The notes under the pieces: model-generated
What the model saw: only the letters and a program-made list of their open reading frames with translations
What the model was told of the DNA's origin: nothing
The model's database searches: none
DNA from: Saccostrea cucullata
Taxonomy: Eukaryota
Reading direction: 5' to 3'
DNA length: 64,000 nt
Assembly (NCBI RefSeq): GCF_032062105.1
Contig: NW_026921466.1
Location: 1-64,000, forward strand
Shown here: positions 49,774 through 63,700 of the stretch, piece by piece
How the letters are laid out: each line of letters begins with the position of its first letter
How positions within the stretch are numbered: the first letter of the stretch is position 1
Translations under genes and position numbers: made by a program

Positions 49774-51222
49774 ATGACGTTGGGCCGATTATAAGTTTGT
49801 TTATTTACACCCGGGATCTTGGCTATTTCTGTGAGAGGAGACGCCAAGTGAAATCATTCAAATAATCCTTGAGCTGGGTCGGACCGACTCAATTCAGTTT
49901 TTTTTTTCTGTATTTTATTTTATCTTCAATATCCCGTTCCTTTTGACCAGAGGACCTTTCTGGACCAGAGCGGCTCACAGGCTCTAATTCTCAACCTGTA
50001 TAAAATGAAACAGAGACAGACGCAATCCAGCTCTTGTCTTTTATTAAATAAAAAATCCGATTACATGAAATAAATAATTTTACACACAATACTAAACCTT
50101 ATTATAAAGATTACGGTGTTACAATAAAAACTATTTGAATATGTAAATAAACTAAAGTAGATAAATTAAACCATCTGAAAACTTAATAATTTTACAAAAA
50201 ACGCTCAAGTCTACAAAAATAATCTTACCTGTATAAAATGCAACCAAGACAGTCAAGATTCAGCTTTCCACTGAAGTCCTGTCTATCCCGGCCAGTCATT
50301 TTATACTAGATGTATCTTTGTCGATTTACATCTCCATATTTGTAACTCCTTCAAAATTTGCAATAATTACTTAAAATTTTTATTTGAATTTTAATTACTG
50401 TCATTCTGACCCTGAGTACTTTTAAAATTTCTAATGCACTTATAATTTCCAATCTTTTGCATAATCTTTAAATATTATTTGTTGTAGCTAATTTATTCAA
50501 ATATCTTACCTCTGGTCACTTCATTACCATTGGTTCCTTATTCACCCTAACCAAATACATCTTTTCATAAACAAGCAAGTAGCAGCTGCATTCCCATGAT
50601 CTATTTCGTGGGACCGTCCGGTTTAAAAGTTTAATTCCTATTGTTCAGCCTCTTCAATTACTTTTATCTGTAGAGCTCGCGTTCGTTATCTTTTGTACAG
50701 ACTAAAACTGCAAACTCATAAAATTTGTTTCATTCTTATATTTACTGCGAATTTTATCATGATAATTCCACAAATTTGAGAAAATTTTCATAAGTGAAGA
50801 AGTTAATATCGTTCCTTCTTCTTTTTTCTGTTCGACATGGTTCAATGAGCTTTGTAATACATATGCTCTTTTACATGTATTTCAAAACTAGCCGTGAGCC
50901 AAAGTAAACAGATTTTATTATATTTAAGAAGCAAAATCATTATGCTTTGGTCATGACCGCAACTATCAAATTACAAGCAGTTTATATTTTTCTATATATT
51001 TAAAAGAAATATTTTTTTTTTACCAATGAAAAGAAAATTAATACTCTGTAATATAATAGAATTTATAGAATTTTGGATTACGTTTCTATTCTGTAGAGGG
51101 CCAAGTAATTCGCCAGATTTAAGAATATGCTCCTTGTGTAATTACAACATCAATTTTATTTTGTTAAAAACCAATATTTATACGTTTTAAAAAGTAACAG
51201 GCAAAAAATAAAGTAAAATATA

Positions 51223-52256
51223 CTAGCGGAAAAAAGAAACTGTGCATCAAAAAAATAAGATTTTTTTTCTATATTTATTGCTTTTTTAGTTACATGTAAA
51301 CAATCAATAATGGTGATGTTTTTTAACGGATAGATCCCGATTCTGATGCACAGGCTTTTCATGGTTAGTGAACACAAATTGTTTATTGACGTGTTCGTAT
51401 GCACAAGTTTAACTGGCCAAAATTGTTTGGAGAAAGAACTGTATAAGGTTTATTTGGACTCTATTCGTTAAGAATAACACTTTAGTTGTGACAAACGTTA
51501 CCCGTTTGTCATGCCTAGACCCAGCGAAAACCAAATGTATCGTCGCATTGGGGAGTGGTACCAGGACGCTTGTGTTTTGCAACGGCGACAGTTTGGTGGG
51601 GGTAGTGTTATGGTGTGGGGTGGAATCACAGCACGTGGAAGGACCCCTCTACAAATTGTCAATGGAAGTCTCACTGGTGCACGCTATCGAGACGAAACTA
51701 TTCATCGCCATGTGATACCCTTCATACAGGGACAGCAAAATTACATTACGCTACAGCTAGACAACGCAAGGCCGCATGTTGCACGTTAAGTCAGGGACGT
51801 TTTTGTTCAACAGCATGTCGATGCCTTGCCTTGGCTAACTGTTTCTCCTGATATATCACAGATTGAGCACGTTTGGGATGAAATGGAACGACGTCTACGT
51901 CGTTTGCCGAATCAGCCTGTGATGTTGGTTAATTTTGGCCAAGCCTTAACCCACATTTGGAACAACATCCCCCAAGCATTTCTGAACACGTTGGTGTCAT
52001 CAATGAGGCGCCGTTGTCAAGCATGCGTGAATGCAAATGGTGGTCACAGACGATATTAACTTTGTTAATTCAAGTTTGAATACCAGTGTCTTTCGATTGT
52101 TCTTAAATTGACGTTGTTTGACGTTAACATTAATGGGATATGAATTGTTGTAATGAATGCTTTTGTTAATAATATAACTAGAAATAAAAAATTGTTCGGT
52201 GTTATTTTTATTATCTATTAATGTAAGAAATTATGCAGTTTCTTTTTTTCCGCCAG
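51223..52256 (+). mobile_element. Internally deleted Tc1 element
   Basis: TA|ctagcggaaaaaagaaactg ... cagtttctttttttccgccag|TA. Confidence 0.85.
51511..52059 (+). pseudogene. Tc1 DD34E transposase, C-terminal half only, in-frame stop at 51787-51789
   Basis: GGGSVMVWGGI, QLDNARPH, PW..SPD.S.IEHVW with 34 residues between D and E; ANGGH.RY end; DNA-binding domain and first Asp are missing. Confidence 0.85.
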
Positions 52257-52356
52257 TATATATTACTAAAGATTATTTAATACTTATAATCGATAGCATG
52301 TAATTTTATTTGCACGAAAGACTGGTGCTGTGGTCATGACTAAAATTTTCGGTAAT

Positions 52357-52456
52357 TGTCATATATTACGAATGTTTTATGTACGACTTGTTTTGTATCT
52401 GGATGACCGGAAGTCAGTTTAATAAATATTCCATGTTGTGACCAGTGTGTTTTATA
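52357..52456 (+). repeat. 5' LTR
   Basis: tgtcat...ttttata, identical to 56834-56933; contains AATAAA. Confidence 0.92.
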
Positions 52457-52470
52457 TGGTGTCAGAAGTG
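52457..52470 (+). promoter_or_regulatory. Primer-binding site, tRNA-Leu-like
   Basis: tggtgtcagaagtg directly after the 5' LTR. Confidence 0.8.
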
Positions 52471-52519
52471 ATCTAACAAAATTACCACCATCCACAGCCC
52501 ATCATCTCTAAAAAGGACG

Positions 52520-55500
52520 ATGAAAAGTCTAATGGGATCTCACCCAAACATGAACTGGGAAAGTAATGACCTCGAAGGGTCATGGAAAGAATTTAAACAA
52601 CATGCGGAATTTGTCTTCACTGGACCGCTCAAGTCGAAAACAGAAAGTGAGAAATGTGCGTATTTAATGATATGGGTTGAAAATAATGGCAGAAATATCT
52701 TTGCAACCTGGAATCTGGACGAAGAAGATCGAAAGAAACTGAGCGTACATTACGAGAAATTTGAGCAATATGTCAAGCCGAGGACGAACATCATATATAA
52801 CAGGTACCGATTTCAAACTCGAGTTCAAGGAGAAACAGAGACATTCGATCAATTTGTTACCGAATTAAAATTGCTAGTCAAAGATTGCACGTATGAGAAA
52901 AGTGAAGAAATGGTTAGAGACAGAATAGTAATAGGTGTGAGAACACACAAGATACGAGAGAAACTTATAAACGTAGGATCGGATCTAACCTTGCAAAAAG
53001 CACTCGACATAGCACGTCTGCACGAACAATCAACGACTCAAGCGAGACAGATCTCGGGGGAAGATGCATCTGTACATGTCATTCAGAAGAAGTCGCATTC
53101 CGAGCAACCAAAATCTGCGCAACAATTTGCTAATCCACGCAAGAAAGCTCACACAAACAGAAATCAATATTCAAAGAAAAATTGGCATCATAACAAACCT
53201 CCACAGACAAATGAATGTTCGCGATGCGAATATGAACACAATACCTCAGTGTGTCCTGCCAAGGGAAACAAATGCCATAAATGTGGTCATTCGGATCACT
53301 TTGCGAGAAAATGCCATTCGAAAGCCAAACGTGTGAATGCCGTTGACACTTGTTCTTCCGATAGTGAAAACGACTCGTGTGAAGAGTTATATCTTGGTTA
53401 TATAACAGCCAACGTTAACATGGTGGATACAGAATGGAGTGAAGCCATTGAAATCAACGACAAAACCATTCGATTCCAATTGGACACAGATGCAAAATGT
53501 AATGTGTTACCGTTGACAACACTTGAGGAGCTAGGACTGAATTGTGACCAACTGTCTGCGTCGAAAACAAATCTGAAGTCATACAGCGGACACAGAGTCA
53601 AACCTGTTGGTATATTGTACTGCAGTGTAAATATCAAGATCGCGCAAGTGACATTGCATTTGAAGTTGTTGACCTACCTTCAGAACCTATTCTTGGATCT
53701 GCGTCTTGTTTAACAATGGGACTTGTAAAACGAGCCTACAAACTTGACCATGTAGAAACAACGAACATTCTAAGGACATTCAGTCAGAGTATGGAGATGT
53801 GTTTAAGGGTCTAGGACTCTTGCCAGTAAAACAGGACATCAAGATTGACCCGTCAATACCTCAACACCTCCAGTAATTCACCCACCTTGACGTGTACCAA
53901 TTGCGCTCCGTGACAAGATCAAAGATGAACTTGATCGCATGGAACAATCGGGTGTTATTGTTCCGCAGAAAGAACCTACAGCATGGGTCAACTCTATGGT
54001 TACCGTCCAGAAACCGAATGGAAAACTACGCATTTGTATAGACCCCAAAGATCTCAACAAAGCGATCCGCAGAGAACATTATCCTCTTAAGACACACAGC
54101 AGATTACTGAAGCAAAGATGTTTTCAAAACTTGACGCCACATCCGGCTTTTGGCAGATTGGACTCACAGAAGAGAGTTCAAAGCTCTGCACCTTCAATAG
54201 CCCATATGGACGCTACAGATTCACGAGACTACCATTTGGTATCAGCTCAGCGTCAGAAATCTACCAGCGCACAATCTCAGAGATGGTCAGAGACCTGGAG
54301 GGATGTGAAGCCATTATAGATGACATTCTGATCTGGGGTTAAGACAGGCAGCAACATGACCAAAGATTGAAAGCCGTTATGAACCGAATTCGGGACTACA
54401 ACTTAAAACTGAGTCAAGAGAAGTGCCAGTTCAGAAAAGACCACATTGCGTATGTAGGTCACGTGTTTACCTCTGCAGGGATCCAGCCAGACCCTGAGAA
54501 GATTCGCGCTGTGAAAGACATGCCTGCGCCTCAGAATGTATCTGAACTACAGACATTCCTAGGATTTATACAATACCTTGGAAAATTCCTACCAAACCTG
54601 TCTGAAGCGAGTGCACCACTCCGATCGCTCCTGGAAAAGGACATTCTCTTTCACTGGGAGAAACGACAGGAAGACAGCTTCCAGACCTTGAAGCACCTTG
54701 TGAGCAACACACCCGTCTTGCGCTATTACGACCCAAAGAAACCACTTGTACTAACAGTGGACGCAAGCTCTAAGGGACTCGGTGCAGCACTCATACAAGA
54801 AGGTCAGCCTATTGCCTACGCATCACGTGCTTTAACAAAAAGCCAACAAAATTACGCCCAGATTGAAAAGGAGGCGTTGGCCATTGCGTACGGATGTACA
54901 AAATTTCATCAATATGTTTTTGGTCGTCACGTATTGGTGGAAAGTGATCATAAGCCACTCCAATCAATATTTCGTAAACCGCTTTACCAAGCACCTGCTC
55001 GACTTCAGTCACTTCTGCTCACACTACAGCGGTATGAAATAGAGGTTACTTACAAACCTGGCAAGACTATGTTCATTGCGGACACCCTCAGCCGAGCCTT
55101 CATGAATGAAGCAAAGGAACAGCTTATGCCCGACATCGAAATTAACTCAATCAGTTTCTTACCAATGTCTCCAGAACAGTATGAACGCTTTCAGCAAGCT
55201 ACTCATGACGACCCAGAACTGCAAACTTTACAGGCCGTTGTAAAATCGGGATGGCCCAACACCAAAGATAGCATACCGAACTCAACCTACCCTTACTGGC
55301 CATTCAGAGACGAGATTACATGCATCGATGGATTGATGTTTAAGGGACACAAAATCATTGTACCATCAACACTACGGAAAGAAATGCTAGATCGTATACA
55401 TAGCTCTCATTTAGGAACAGTGAAATGCAAAAGTAGAGCTAGAGAAACATTATACTGGCCAGGAATGACATCATCGATTCAAGAGGTAGTTGAAAGATGC

Positions 55501-56506
55501 TCAATTTGTGCATTGAACAGCAAATCAAACCCCAAAGAACCAATGCTAGAGAAAGAAACACCATCTCGTCCATGGTCCATCATATCAGCTGATTTATTTA
55601 ATTTCAAAGGACATTCATACTTAGTCTGTGTTGATCATTTCTCAAAATGGCCTGAATTTGCAAAATTGGAAAACCAAACCAGCGACAACACCATCCTACA
55701 CCTGAAAGGTATTTTTTTCTCGCAACGGGATACCAGACAAGTTGATATCTGACAACGGACCGCAGTTCGCTTCTGCAAATTTCCGAGAATTTGCTAAAGA
55801 CTATGGTTTTGTGCACAAGACAACAAGCCCGCACTTCCCGCAGGCGAATGGACAAATAGAACGTACTGTCCAAACAGTAAAACAACTGTTGCGGAAATCA
55901 ACTGATCCATACAAAGCCATACTTGCATACAGAAATACTGCCATCGACATGCTAGGAAAGTCTGCGGCACAGCTATTCTTCAACAGACGTCTAAGAACGG
56001 ACTTACCTGTAGCATCACCTCTGTTGGAACCAAACTCTGTTGGCATGCAAGACGTTCAAGAGCGACTGAAAACTTGCAAGTACCAGCAAAAACTATACTA
56101 CGATGCTCATGCTGGAAAGGAATTGCGTGATCTCTATCCTGGAGAAACCACAGTTATGCGACACGACAACAAATGGACTCCTGCCGTAGTCGTACAACAG
56201 CACAGCTCTCCAAGATCGCATGTTCTCCAAGCTCAGTCCGGAAAACGGTACCGACGAAACAGACGTCATATCAGACCAACCTCCGCGACGTTCCCAGATA
56301 AACCTGAAGTTGATGAACCGATTCTTCCTCCTCCGTCAGAGAAATCCAATGAACCGTTCCAATCGAATGCTGGACAAACCGCTATCGAGAAACCGTCTCA
56401 GGAAGTTGAACCGCCCAATCCGACAATATCCATCCCGAGTAGCATCTGCACTAGATCCGGGAGGAATGTGGTGTGTCCATCCAAATTCAAGGATTTTGTG
56501 AAATAA
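52520..56506 (+). pseudogene. Gag-Pol polyprotein, disabled
   Basis: Gag with CHKCGHSDHFARKC knuckle, protease LDTDA (Gly lost), RT LPFG / IIDD, RNase H DAS..E..DHKPL, integrase H-H-C-C and D..D..E. Frameshifts near 53620, 53770-53870, 54095 and 55715; stops at 53888 and 54340. Confidence 0.9.
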
Positions 56507-56822
56507 GCAATTAGTGAATTTGTGAAATGATCAATACCAATTGTTCAGAATTTTAGTTTGTGATGCATGCAGCATAATATTAGATTGGTTATTGTAGAAC
56601 TCAGTATTTGTATTACATGTGCAAAATGTGTTGGTAATGTTGTTTTATAAAACGGTTGTGGAACTATTTAAATTTTGATGATGTGACATCTCTTTATTTA
56701 CAGCTATTGACATTCATTTACAACAAACTGGGAATTTAAAGCTCTAGTCATTATTATTAACTTCTAGTCAGTCAGTCACTATGTACATCAGTTTTGATTT
56801 TGTCTAATTGTCCTTTATCGAT

Positions 56823-56833
56823 AAAAAGGGGGA
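56823..56833 (+). promoter_or_regulatory. Polypurine tract
   Basis: aaaaaggggga abutting the 3' LTR. Confidence 0.85.
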
Positions 56834-56933
56834 TGTCATATATTACGAATGTTTTATGTACGACTTGTTTTGTATCTGGATGACCGGAAGTCAGTTTAAT
56901 AAATATTCCATGTTGTGACCAGTGTGTTTTATA
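56834..56933 (+). repeat. 3' LTR
   Basis: Identical to the 5' LTR and followed by the TSD. Confidence 0.92.
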
Positions 56934-57567
56934 GTAATGACATCACATTTTTGGTCATGACATTGCTTTGAAATACATATAAAAATGTCAATTAATAACT
57001 CTAAAATAACAAAACCGAAACACCAATAAAAATAAAAAAAAAAAAAAAAACATTGAATAAAATAAACGCTCCAAATCTGCATGCTTTTTGAGTAATCTCA
57101 GGTGACCTAAATTAAAGCTACGCAGCACAGTTAAGACTACAAAAAGGGTGCGGAGTCTAATTTGTATGGGAAGACTTAACTATAACTTCATACAAAACAT
57201 ACAATATGCAACAATTCTTAAAAATACCACAACATGAGGTGATAAGCTATTTTAACCTGTAGGAAACCATCAACTACATCAAAACGTACTTATGCAGGCT
57301 GTTTTGCCGTTAATTAAATCCTACATAACAAGTTATCAACAGGTCACTGATCGCAATCTTCTTGTTGATATGACGTCAATTCGTAAAACGTTTTAACCGC
57401 AGTTTGTATGCAGTGAGAAACAGATCAAGTAATTTTTTTTTTCAATGGAAAATGCATTCTGTAATTAAACAAACTATTGTTTAGTGTTTATTGGGGGGAG
57501 GATAATTGAGTCCTCTATAAACATAATCGCCAACTTTATACTAGAAGTGTAATACAATCGTAATATG

Positions 57568-57870
57568 GTCACCCACGTGGCGCAGTGGTTATAGTGTCTG
57601 CTATAGAGTCGCGTAGTAAGGAGTCAGTCCTAACATCGCGGGTACCAACCCCACTGAGGGACGAGGGGACCGGTCTTTCGGATGAGACCATATAAACCGA
57701 GATCCCGTGTCGCAGTAGGTGTTGGCACGAAAAAGATCCCTCTCTGCTCAATGGCCCTCAGTGCCAAGTATGGGACAAACTTTGTAGCTCTCGACCGGCA
57801 AGTGGTGGCGTCTCCATATGAGTGAAAAATCTGAAGAGGACGTTAAACAATATACAATCAATCAATTAAC
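57568..57870 (+). mobile_element. Full-length tRNA-headed SINE
   Basis: A-box gtggcgcagtgg, degenerate B-box, Deu-like body, (ATCA)n tail; 13-bp TSD caatcgtaatatg (57555-57567, 57871-57883). Confidence 0.88.
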
Positions 57871-58451
57871 CAATCGTAATATGATCGGCACCACCGTAGC
57901 TATATCTTCGTACAGTCAGTCATCTAGGTCTGCATAGCGTCATGGTATGATCTTGAATGAGGTAAAATCATCGTACGTAGTATGAACACATAGAACGCAG
58001 CTGCTGGTCGGCCGCTGTCTGTGTAGCATCCTAGCTTAAGAGTGTCAGCAGCGCGTTTGACGTATGGGTATCGTATTACGATCCTAATAAAGACCATAAT
58101 TTGCCAAATTGCCCGATTTATCCGACCCTATCCAGAACTTTCTCAGATCGTGGCTTTATCATGTTTATCGCGATCGGGATGGTCATCGTAAATTTGCAGC
58201 TCTGTGCGAACGGGGGTTAAACGACAAAGATGAATATTTCTCCATTTTCTTTACGAGTACCTTGGCTGTAGTAGGACATCAACGATTTCCATATCATTGG
58301 ATTGCATTATAAATATTTTTCGTAGAAGAAACAAACATTTTTATTGAACAAAAAATTATAGAGTTGTCAAAGAAATATTCACGCTAACTCTCGATTCCCG
58401 CCTACATTTTGCATCCGTTTATTCGATATTAATGTTAATTTGGCCATAAAA

Positions 58452-58579
58452 TTTTTATGTCACCTGAGTAAACTCAGGTGACCTATTGCTATCTGTTTTC
58501 GTCCGTCGTCGTGCGTCGTCCGTCGTCCATCGTGTGTTAACATTTGAACATTTTCAGCTTCTTCTCTGCAACCACTGAA

Positions 58580-58610
<31 letters not shown>

Positions 58611-58856
58611 TATGGGTGAAGGGGAACAAAAATTGTGAATTTCATGATCCTTGCCCCCCTGGGGCCTGGGGGGTGGGGCCAAAACCACTAAAATTAATGC
58701 AATCTTTAAAAATCTTCTTCTTTACTCCTGGACATCAAGCAGTCAAACTGTTTGCATGATTGTAATCAGCAACGAGTCCTCTACTAAAATTGTGAAATTC
58801 ATGGCCCTGGGGTCAGGGGTTCTAGTGCTAGGGTGGGGCTAAATAAGTATATAATG

Positions 58857-58890
<34 letters not shown>

Positions 58891-59026
58891 GCTCCTGGGT
58901 ATTAAATAAACCAACTAAGTACATAGTTATGATGAGCAAGAGTGCCTCTATCAAAATTGTGAATTTTATGGCCCCAGGGTCAGAGGTTCTGGTGTTAGGG
59001 TGGGGCTCTATTGATTATATATAGTG

Positions 59027-59060
<34 letters not shown>

Positions 59061-60507
59061 GCTCCTGGGTATTAAATAAACCAACTAAGTACATAGTTAT
59101 GATGAGCAAGAGTGCCTCTACCAAAATTGTGAATTTTATGGCCCCAGGGTCAGGGGTTCTGGTGTTAGGGTGGGGCTCTATTGATTATATATAGTGAAAA
59201 TACATGATTTCTTTGAAAATCTTCTTCTCTGCTCCTGGGTATTAAATAAACTAACTTAGTAAATAGTTATGATGAGCAAGAGTGCCTCTACCAAAATTGT
59301 GAATTTTATGTCCCCAGGGTCAGGGGTTCTTGTTTTAGGGGGGGGGGAGGGGGGCTCTAATGATTGTATAGTGAAATGCATGAATTCTTTGAACATCTTA
59401 TTCTTTGCTCCTGGTTAATATACTAATGATCTAATTACATATTTAAGACCAGGATTTATTTTATTTTCAGTTTAACAAACCCTCCGCTCAAGGTTTTGAA
59501 TTTTCAGAAAAAAATAAAACAATTTTTTTCTTTCCAATGTCAAATTTGAGTCGGGATCGAGATTTCAAATTTACGAACTAGCACGTCCGGTTTTAAGATG
59601 AAACGGCGGGTAATTAAAGCTAGATGGTCTGAGAAGATAGCTTGGTTTGGTGTAAAATTCTTCGAAATGAGTGCCATTCAAAACGTTTCACCCGTTCAAA
59701 AGACAAATAAAATGCTGACGACTTTGTTGCACAATGACATGCTGGTGAGATAATTATGTATTCATTTCAAAAGTATCTGTCTGTAAATTATTTTCCTCCC
59801 CCAGGTTTTAAACTGCCCGTGGTAGCTATTGCATATTGCCAGCGACATTGTTTAGGACTCTGTTATAGCTTACAGTCTAAGCATCATTCTTCAGAAAAGG
59901 GTTGCTTATGCATCAGATGTAATGAATAAAACTACATGTATGGGAGAAGTTAAGTCCATTTGAGGAAGAAATAAACAATAACCTGAAGAAATAAAAAAAA
60001 TCCAACTATTAAAAGGCAAGAATATACAAATATATACAGGCATGTAGTATCATTTGTATCAGCCAGAAAAATTATTTTACACTTAATTGAAAAAATGTTC
60101 ACTCTACTCCCCAATTCTCCCTGTCTGTTTTATGATAGGAATTATAATTTTAGGCATCAAGTAAATTTTAGAACAATGTCTACACATTTACCTAACACAT
60201 ATTTAAAAAAACTTTTATTCTCATGTTCATAACTAAACCTGAACATAAAAAAAATTCTGGCCTTATAATGAAGAAAGGGGCCTCTTTCAAAATAGATAAT
60301 TTCAGGGCCGCTGGGTCAGGGGTACCAGGGGTATACTTTGACTAAAAATAAATTAATGCTTTGAAATCTGTCCTTTGATAAGCAATGGTGCCTCCTTCAA
60401 AATTTGTTAATTTTACGGCTTTTGGATTAAAACATGAACCAAATACAATCGCTGGAAAGTTGTTACATGATACTCAGGTGACCTATAAGGCCCGTGGGTC
60501 TCTTGTT
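58452..60507 (+). mobile_element. HINE element with 170-bp tandem satellite array
   Basis: gtcacctgagtaaactcaggtgac hairpin, (gtc)n, gatgagcaagagtgcctcta at 58931, 59101 and 59271 (period 170), unrelated insert ~59450-60230, 3' ctcaggtgacctataaggcccgtgggtctcttgtt. Confidence 0.82.
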
Positions 60508-60715
60508 GTTTAATGCTAAGAACAGTTCAAATATAATTGATTAATTATTTTAACACCAGCGCTAAAAAGTAAATTTTTCCCAGTTCCAGCTCTGAAAGGG
60601 GAGTGTAGACAATATTTTGCACTGAAATTAGACTTTCAAGCATCAACTTATTTTGAAATTATAGCTTTGGATAGGCAAATAAATTAAACATAAGTATATT
60701 AATAAAATATAATGT

Positions 60716-63700
60716 TTTAATTTAATTTAATCAATATTTTATTATGTAAAGTAAGATTACATAATTGGATTGGACATCAGGCATGGCCTATATAAGTCCT
60801 CTCCGAGGTGAGGTTACAAATGTTAAGAACTGACAAAAAATTACAATGATGAAAATATTCCTTATAAGTTACATTAAATTCTTTTGTTAACTAACGGTGG
60901 GAAAAAAGGAAATAAATTGAATTAAATTATACAGAAGAATTATTACTAAGCTTATGCATATTCGCTATACAATATAATGACAAAAAAAATTTAAAAAAAT
61001 AAAAAAAAGAAGTGCAAACAAAACAACAAAACAGAATACGTAAAGTGCAAAGAACTAATATTTAAGAAAATACAAAAATAGAAGGAAATACAGTAGTAAC
61101 ATTTAAAAGTAAATAAATTCAAGCAATGACACTGAGTAAAGAGAAAAATAATAAAGTGCAAAGACATATTACCAAGGAAAATACAACATATACATGGAAA
61201 ATGGAAATGCTGAGACTTGAAATAAGGAGAAAAAATGAGAAATATCTGGATTTATTTTTTATTAAATTACAAAATACTATCAAAATCTTTTTGAAGACTT
61301 GATGTACATTTGGACTGCTTCAAAAATTGAACAGTTAATTTTATAAGGTAGTTGCCTATCACCAATTAGCAAAATATTCCAAATTTGATCAGGAGACGTT
61401 GTTTCTAATTCTATTAAACTCTGAAGACTTTCAAAAAATATCATTCTCTGATTATAATAGGCAGGACATCTTAAGAAAAAAAATGATAATTATCCTCGTT
61501 CAGTTATCCACACTTAGTACAAGATGCTATTTCACTTAAGTATTGATTATACAGGTGAGCATTTAAATTACTAGATTCATTTCTTAATTGACAATTTATA
61601 ATGTTTTCCTTGCGATTGCCATAATGAAAGATTTTGACATCCTTTATTCTATTTGAAGCAGGTTTCTTTAAGATATTTTTAAAACATGAAAAAGATTCAA
61701 TACATTTTGTTTCAAGTGGTAAATTGTTCCATAATCTAATAGTAGAAGGCAAAAAACTGTTGAAATATGAGACTGTCCTTGCTTGAGATATAACAAAATT
61801 AAAATTATCAATATTTCTAAGATTGTAACCATGATTTGGTGGCATAAAAGGTGTGACCATTTCTTGTAAATAAAGAGGGGATATACGATAAACAGTTTTA
61901 TAGAACAACAAGAGTTTTTGTCTTTCCCTTCTCTTATTTAATGGTTCCCAACCTAATTCAAAATACAAAGCATTTCTAGATGAATTTTTCCCGAGTCCTG
62001 TTATTATTCGGGCAGCTTCTACTTGAATATTTTCTAAAAGATTTAAGAGTTCTTGTGAGCAATTATCCCAAACAATGCTACCATATTCTAAGATGGGTCT
62101 AATAAAAGCAAAATAGACTTTTACTAATGCACTTCTATCTAGCAGATGTTTCAACATTCTTAAAAGATTCAGTCGAGAGCAAGCTTTTTCGTATAAATTA
62201 TTTAAATGAGATGTCCATTTTGCATCACTTTGGAAAGGAAGTCCAAGATGGCAGTGTGACCTAGATTCACTAATAATGCTACCATTACAGCCAAATTGGA
62301 CGGGGGGATGGTTATTTGAACTTCTTGTAAAATTTACATTATAGGTTTTGGTTGGATTGAAATCCACACCCCATGTTAAGGCCCATTTATTAATTTTATC
62401 TAAGTCAGATGTAAGTGATACTGCTGCTGCATTAACATCATTATCTACCACTATAAACAGTGATGTATCATCTGCAAATAGCCTGGTATTATTAACTAGA
62501 TTATCAGTTATGTCATTAATATACAGGAGTAATAAAAAAGGACCTAGAACAGAACCTTGAGGAACACCAGCTGATATAGGTTTAAAATTTGAAAAGAACC
62601 CATTTACAGCCACTCTTTGAACTCTATCATCTAAGTAATTTTCTATCCATTTTAGTAATGTACCTTGAATTCCATAAGATTCTAATTTAAAAAGTAGACC
62701 TTTATGCCAAACTCTATCAAAAGCCTTTGAAATATCACAAAAAATGAATCTGACATCTTTGCCTTTATCTAAATTAGATATAATTGTATTATAAATTTCC
62801 ACTAATTGGTTGACAGTTGAGTCATTAGGTTGGAATCCCGACTGGTATTTTGTTAAGATATTGTTTTCTAATATAAAATTGTACAAATATTTAAAAATAA
62901 TTTTTTCCATAATTTTGCCAACAGCACTAGTTAGTGAAATTGGCCTGTAGTTATTTACTAAGTCAGAACTACCTTTACCCTTAAAAACTGGGGTAATGTT
63001 AGCTTGCTTCCACACATTAGGTAAACGTTTTAATTCAAATGACTTATTAAAAAGTTTTGCTAGTGGTTTACAAATAGAGGAGGATAATTGTTTAAGAATT
63101 TTTGGTGTTATCCCATCTGGGCCAGGAGGTTTATTTACATTTAAATTGTTTAATTGATCAGCAACATCTTGTTCAGTGACAATTATGTTTTCAATAGTTA
63201 CTAAGGGGGGACCAGGACCATGCTCAGGTACTGTTTTACTTTTATCAACACTAGAAACATTTGAGTAATAATTATTTAATGCTTCTGCCTTTTCTAATGG
63301 ATGAAGTAAAATTTGACCATTTGATTTTATAGGAGGCATAGATTTATGTTTGTTAGAAAGTTTTGCAATTGATTTCGTAATTCGCTACCATTTTCCTGGT
63401 GGCATATCTCTATTAAGTATTTGAGATGTAAGTTTTTCCTTATACTTTTCTTTAGCATGTCTAACCAAAAAATTACTTCATTTCTCAGCTCTCTGAAACG
63501 ACCCCATAAGTTTGGGCAATCTCTGTGTTTTGCTTTTCTGTGTATATGATTCCGTTGTCTTATCCTTAGACGTATACTGAATTATTCATAAATGGTTTAT
63601 CTCGTGGTCTAATTGTGACTACCTTTTTAGGTATATGTTTATCCAAGATAGCATCATATGTGTGTAAGAAATTATCATATATTTCATTTATGTTTGAGGA

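Larger units (their letters stand above)
52357..56933 (+). mobile_element. Full-length Ty3/Gypsy (Mag-like) LTR retrotransposon
   Basis: Identical 100-bp LTRs, 5-bp TSD GTAAT (52352-52356, 56934-56938), PBS, PPT, order gag-PR-RT-RH-IN. Confidence 0.95.

Noticed and set aside
56934-56942. Extending the 3' LTR to a canonical ...atgaCA end
   Set aside because: These bases are absent from the 5' LTR, and the first five equal the left flank, so they are the TSD
58780-59420. Regular repeat array as CRISPR
   Set aside because: Contiguous 170-bp satellite units without unique spacers, in eukaryotic DNA
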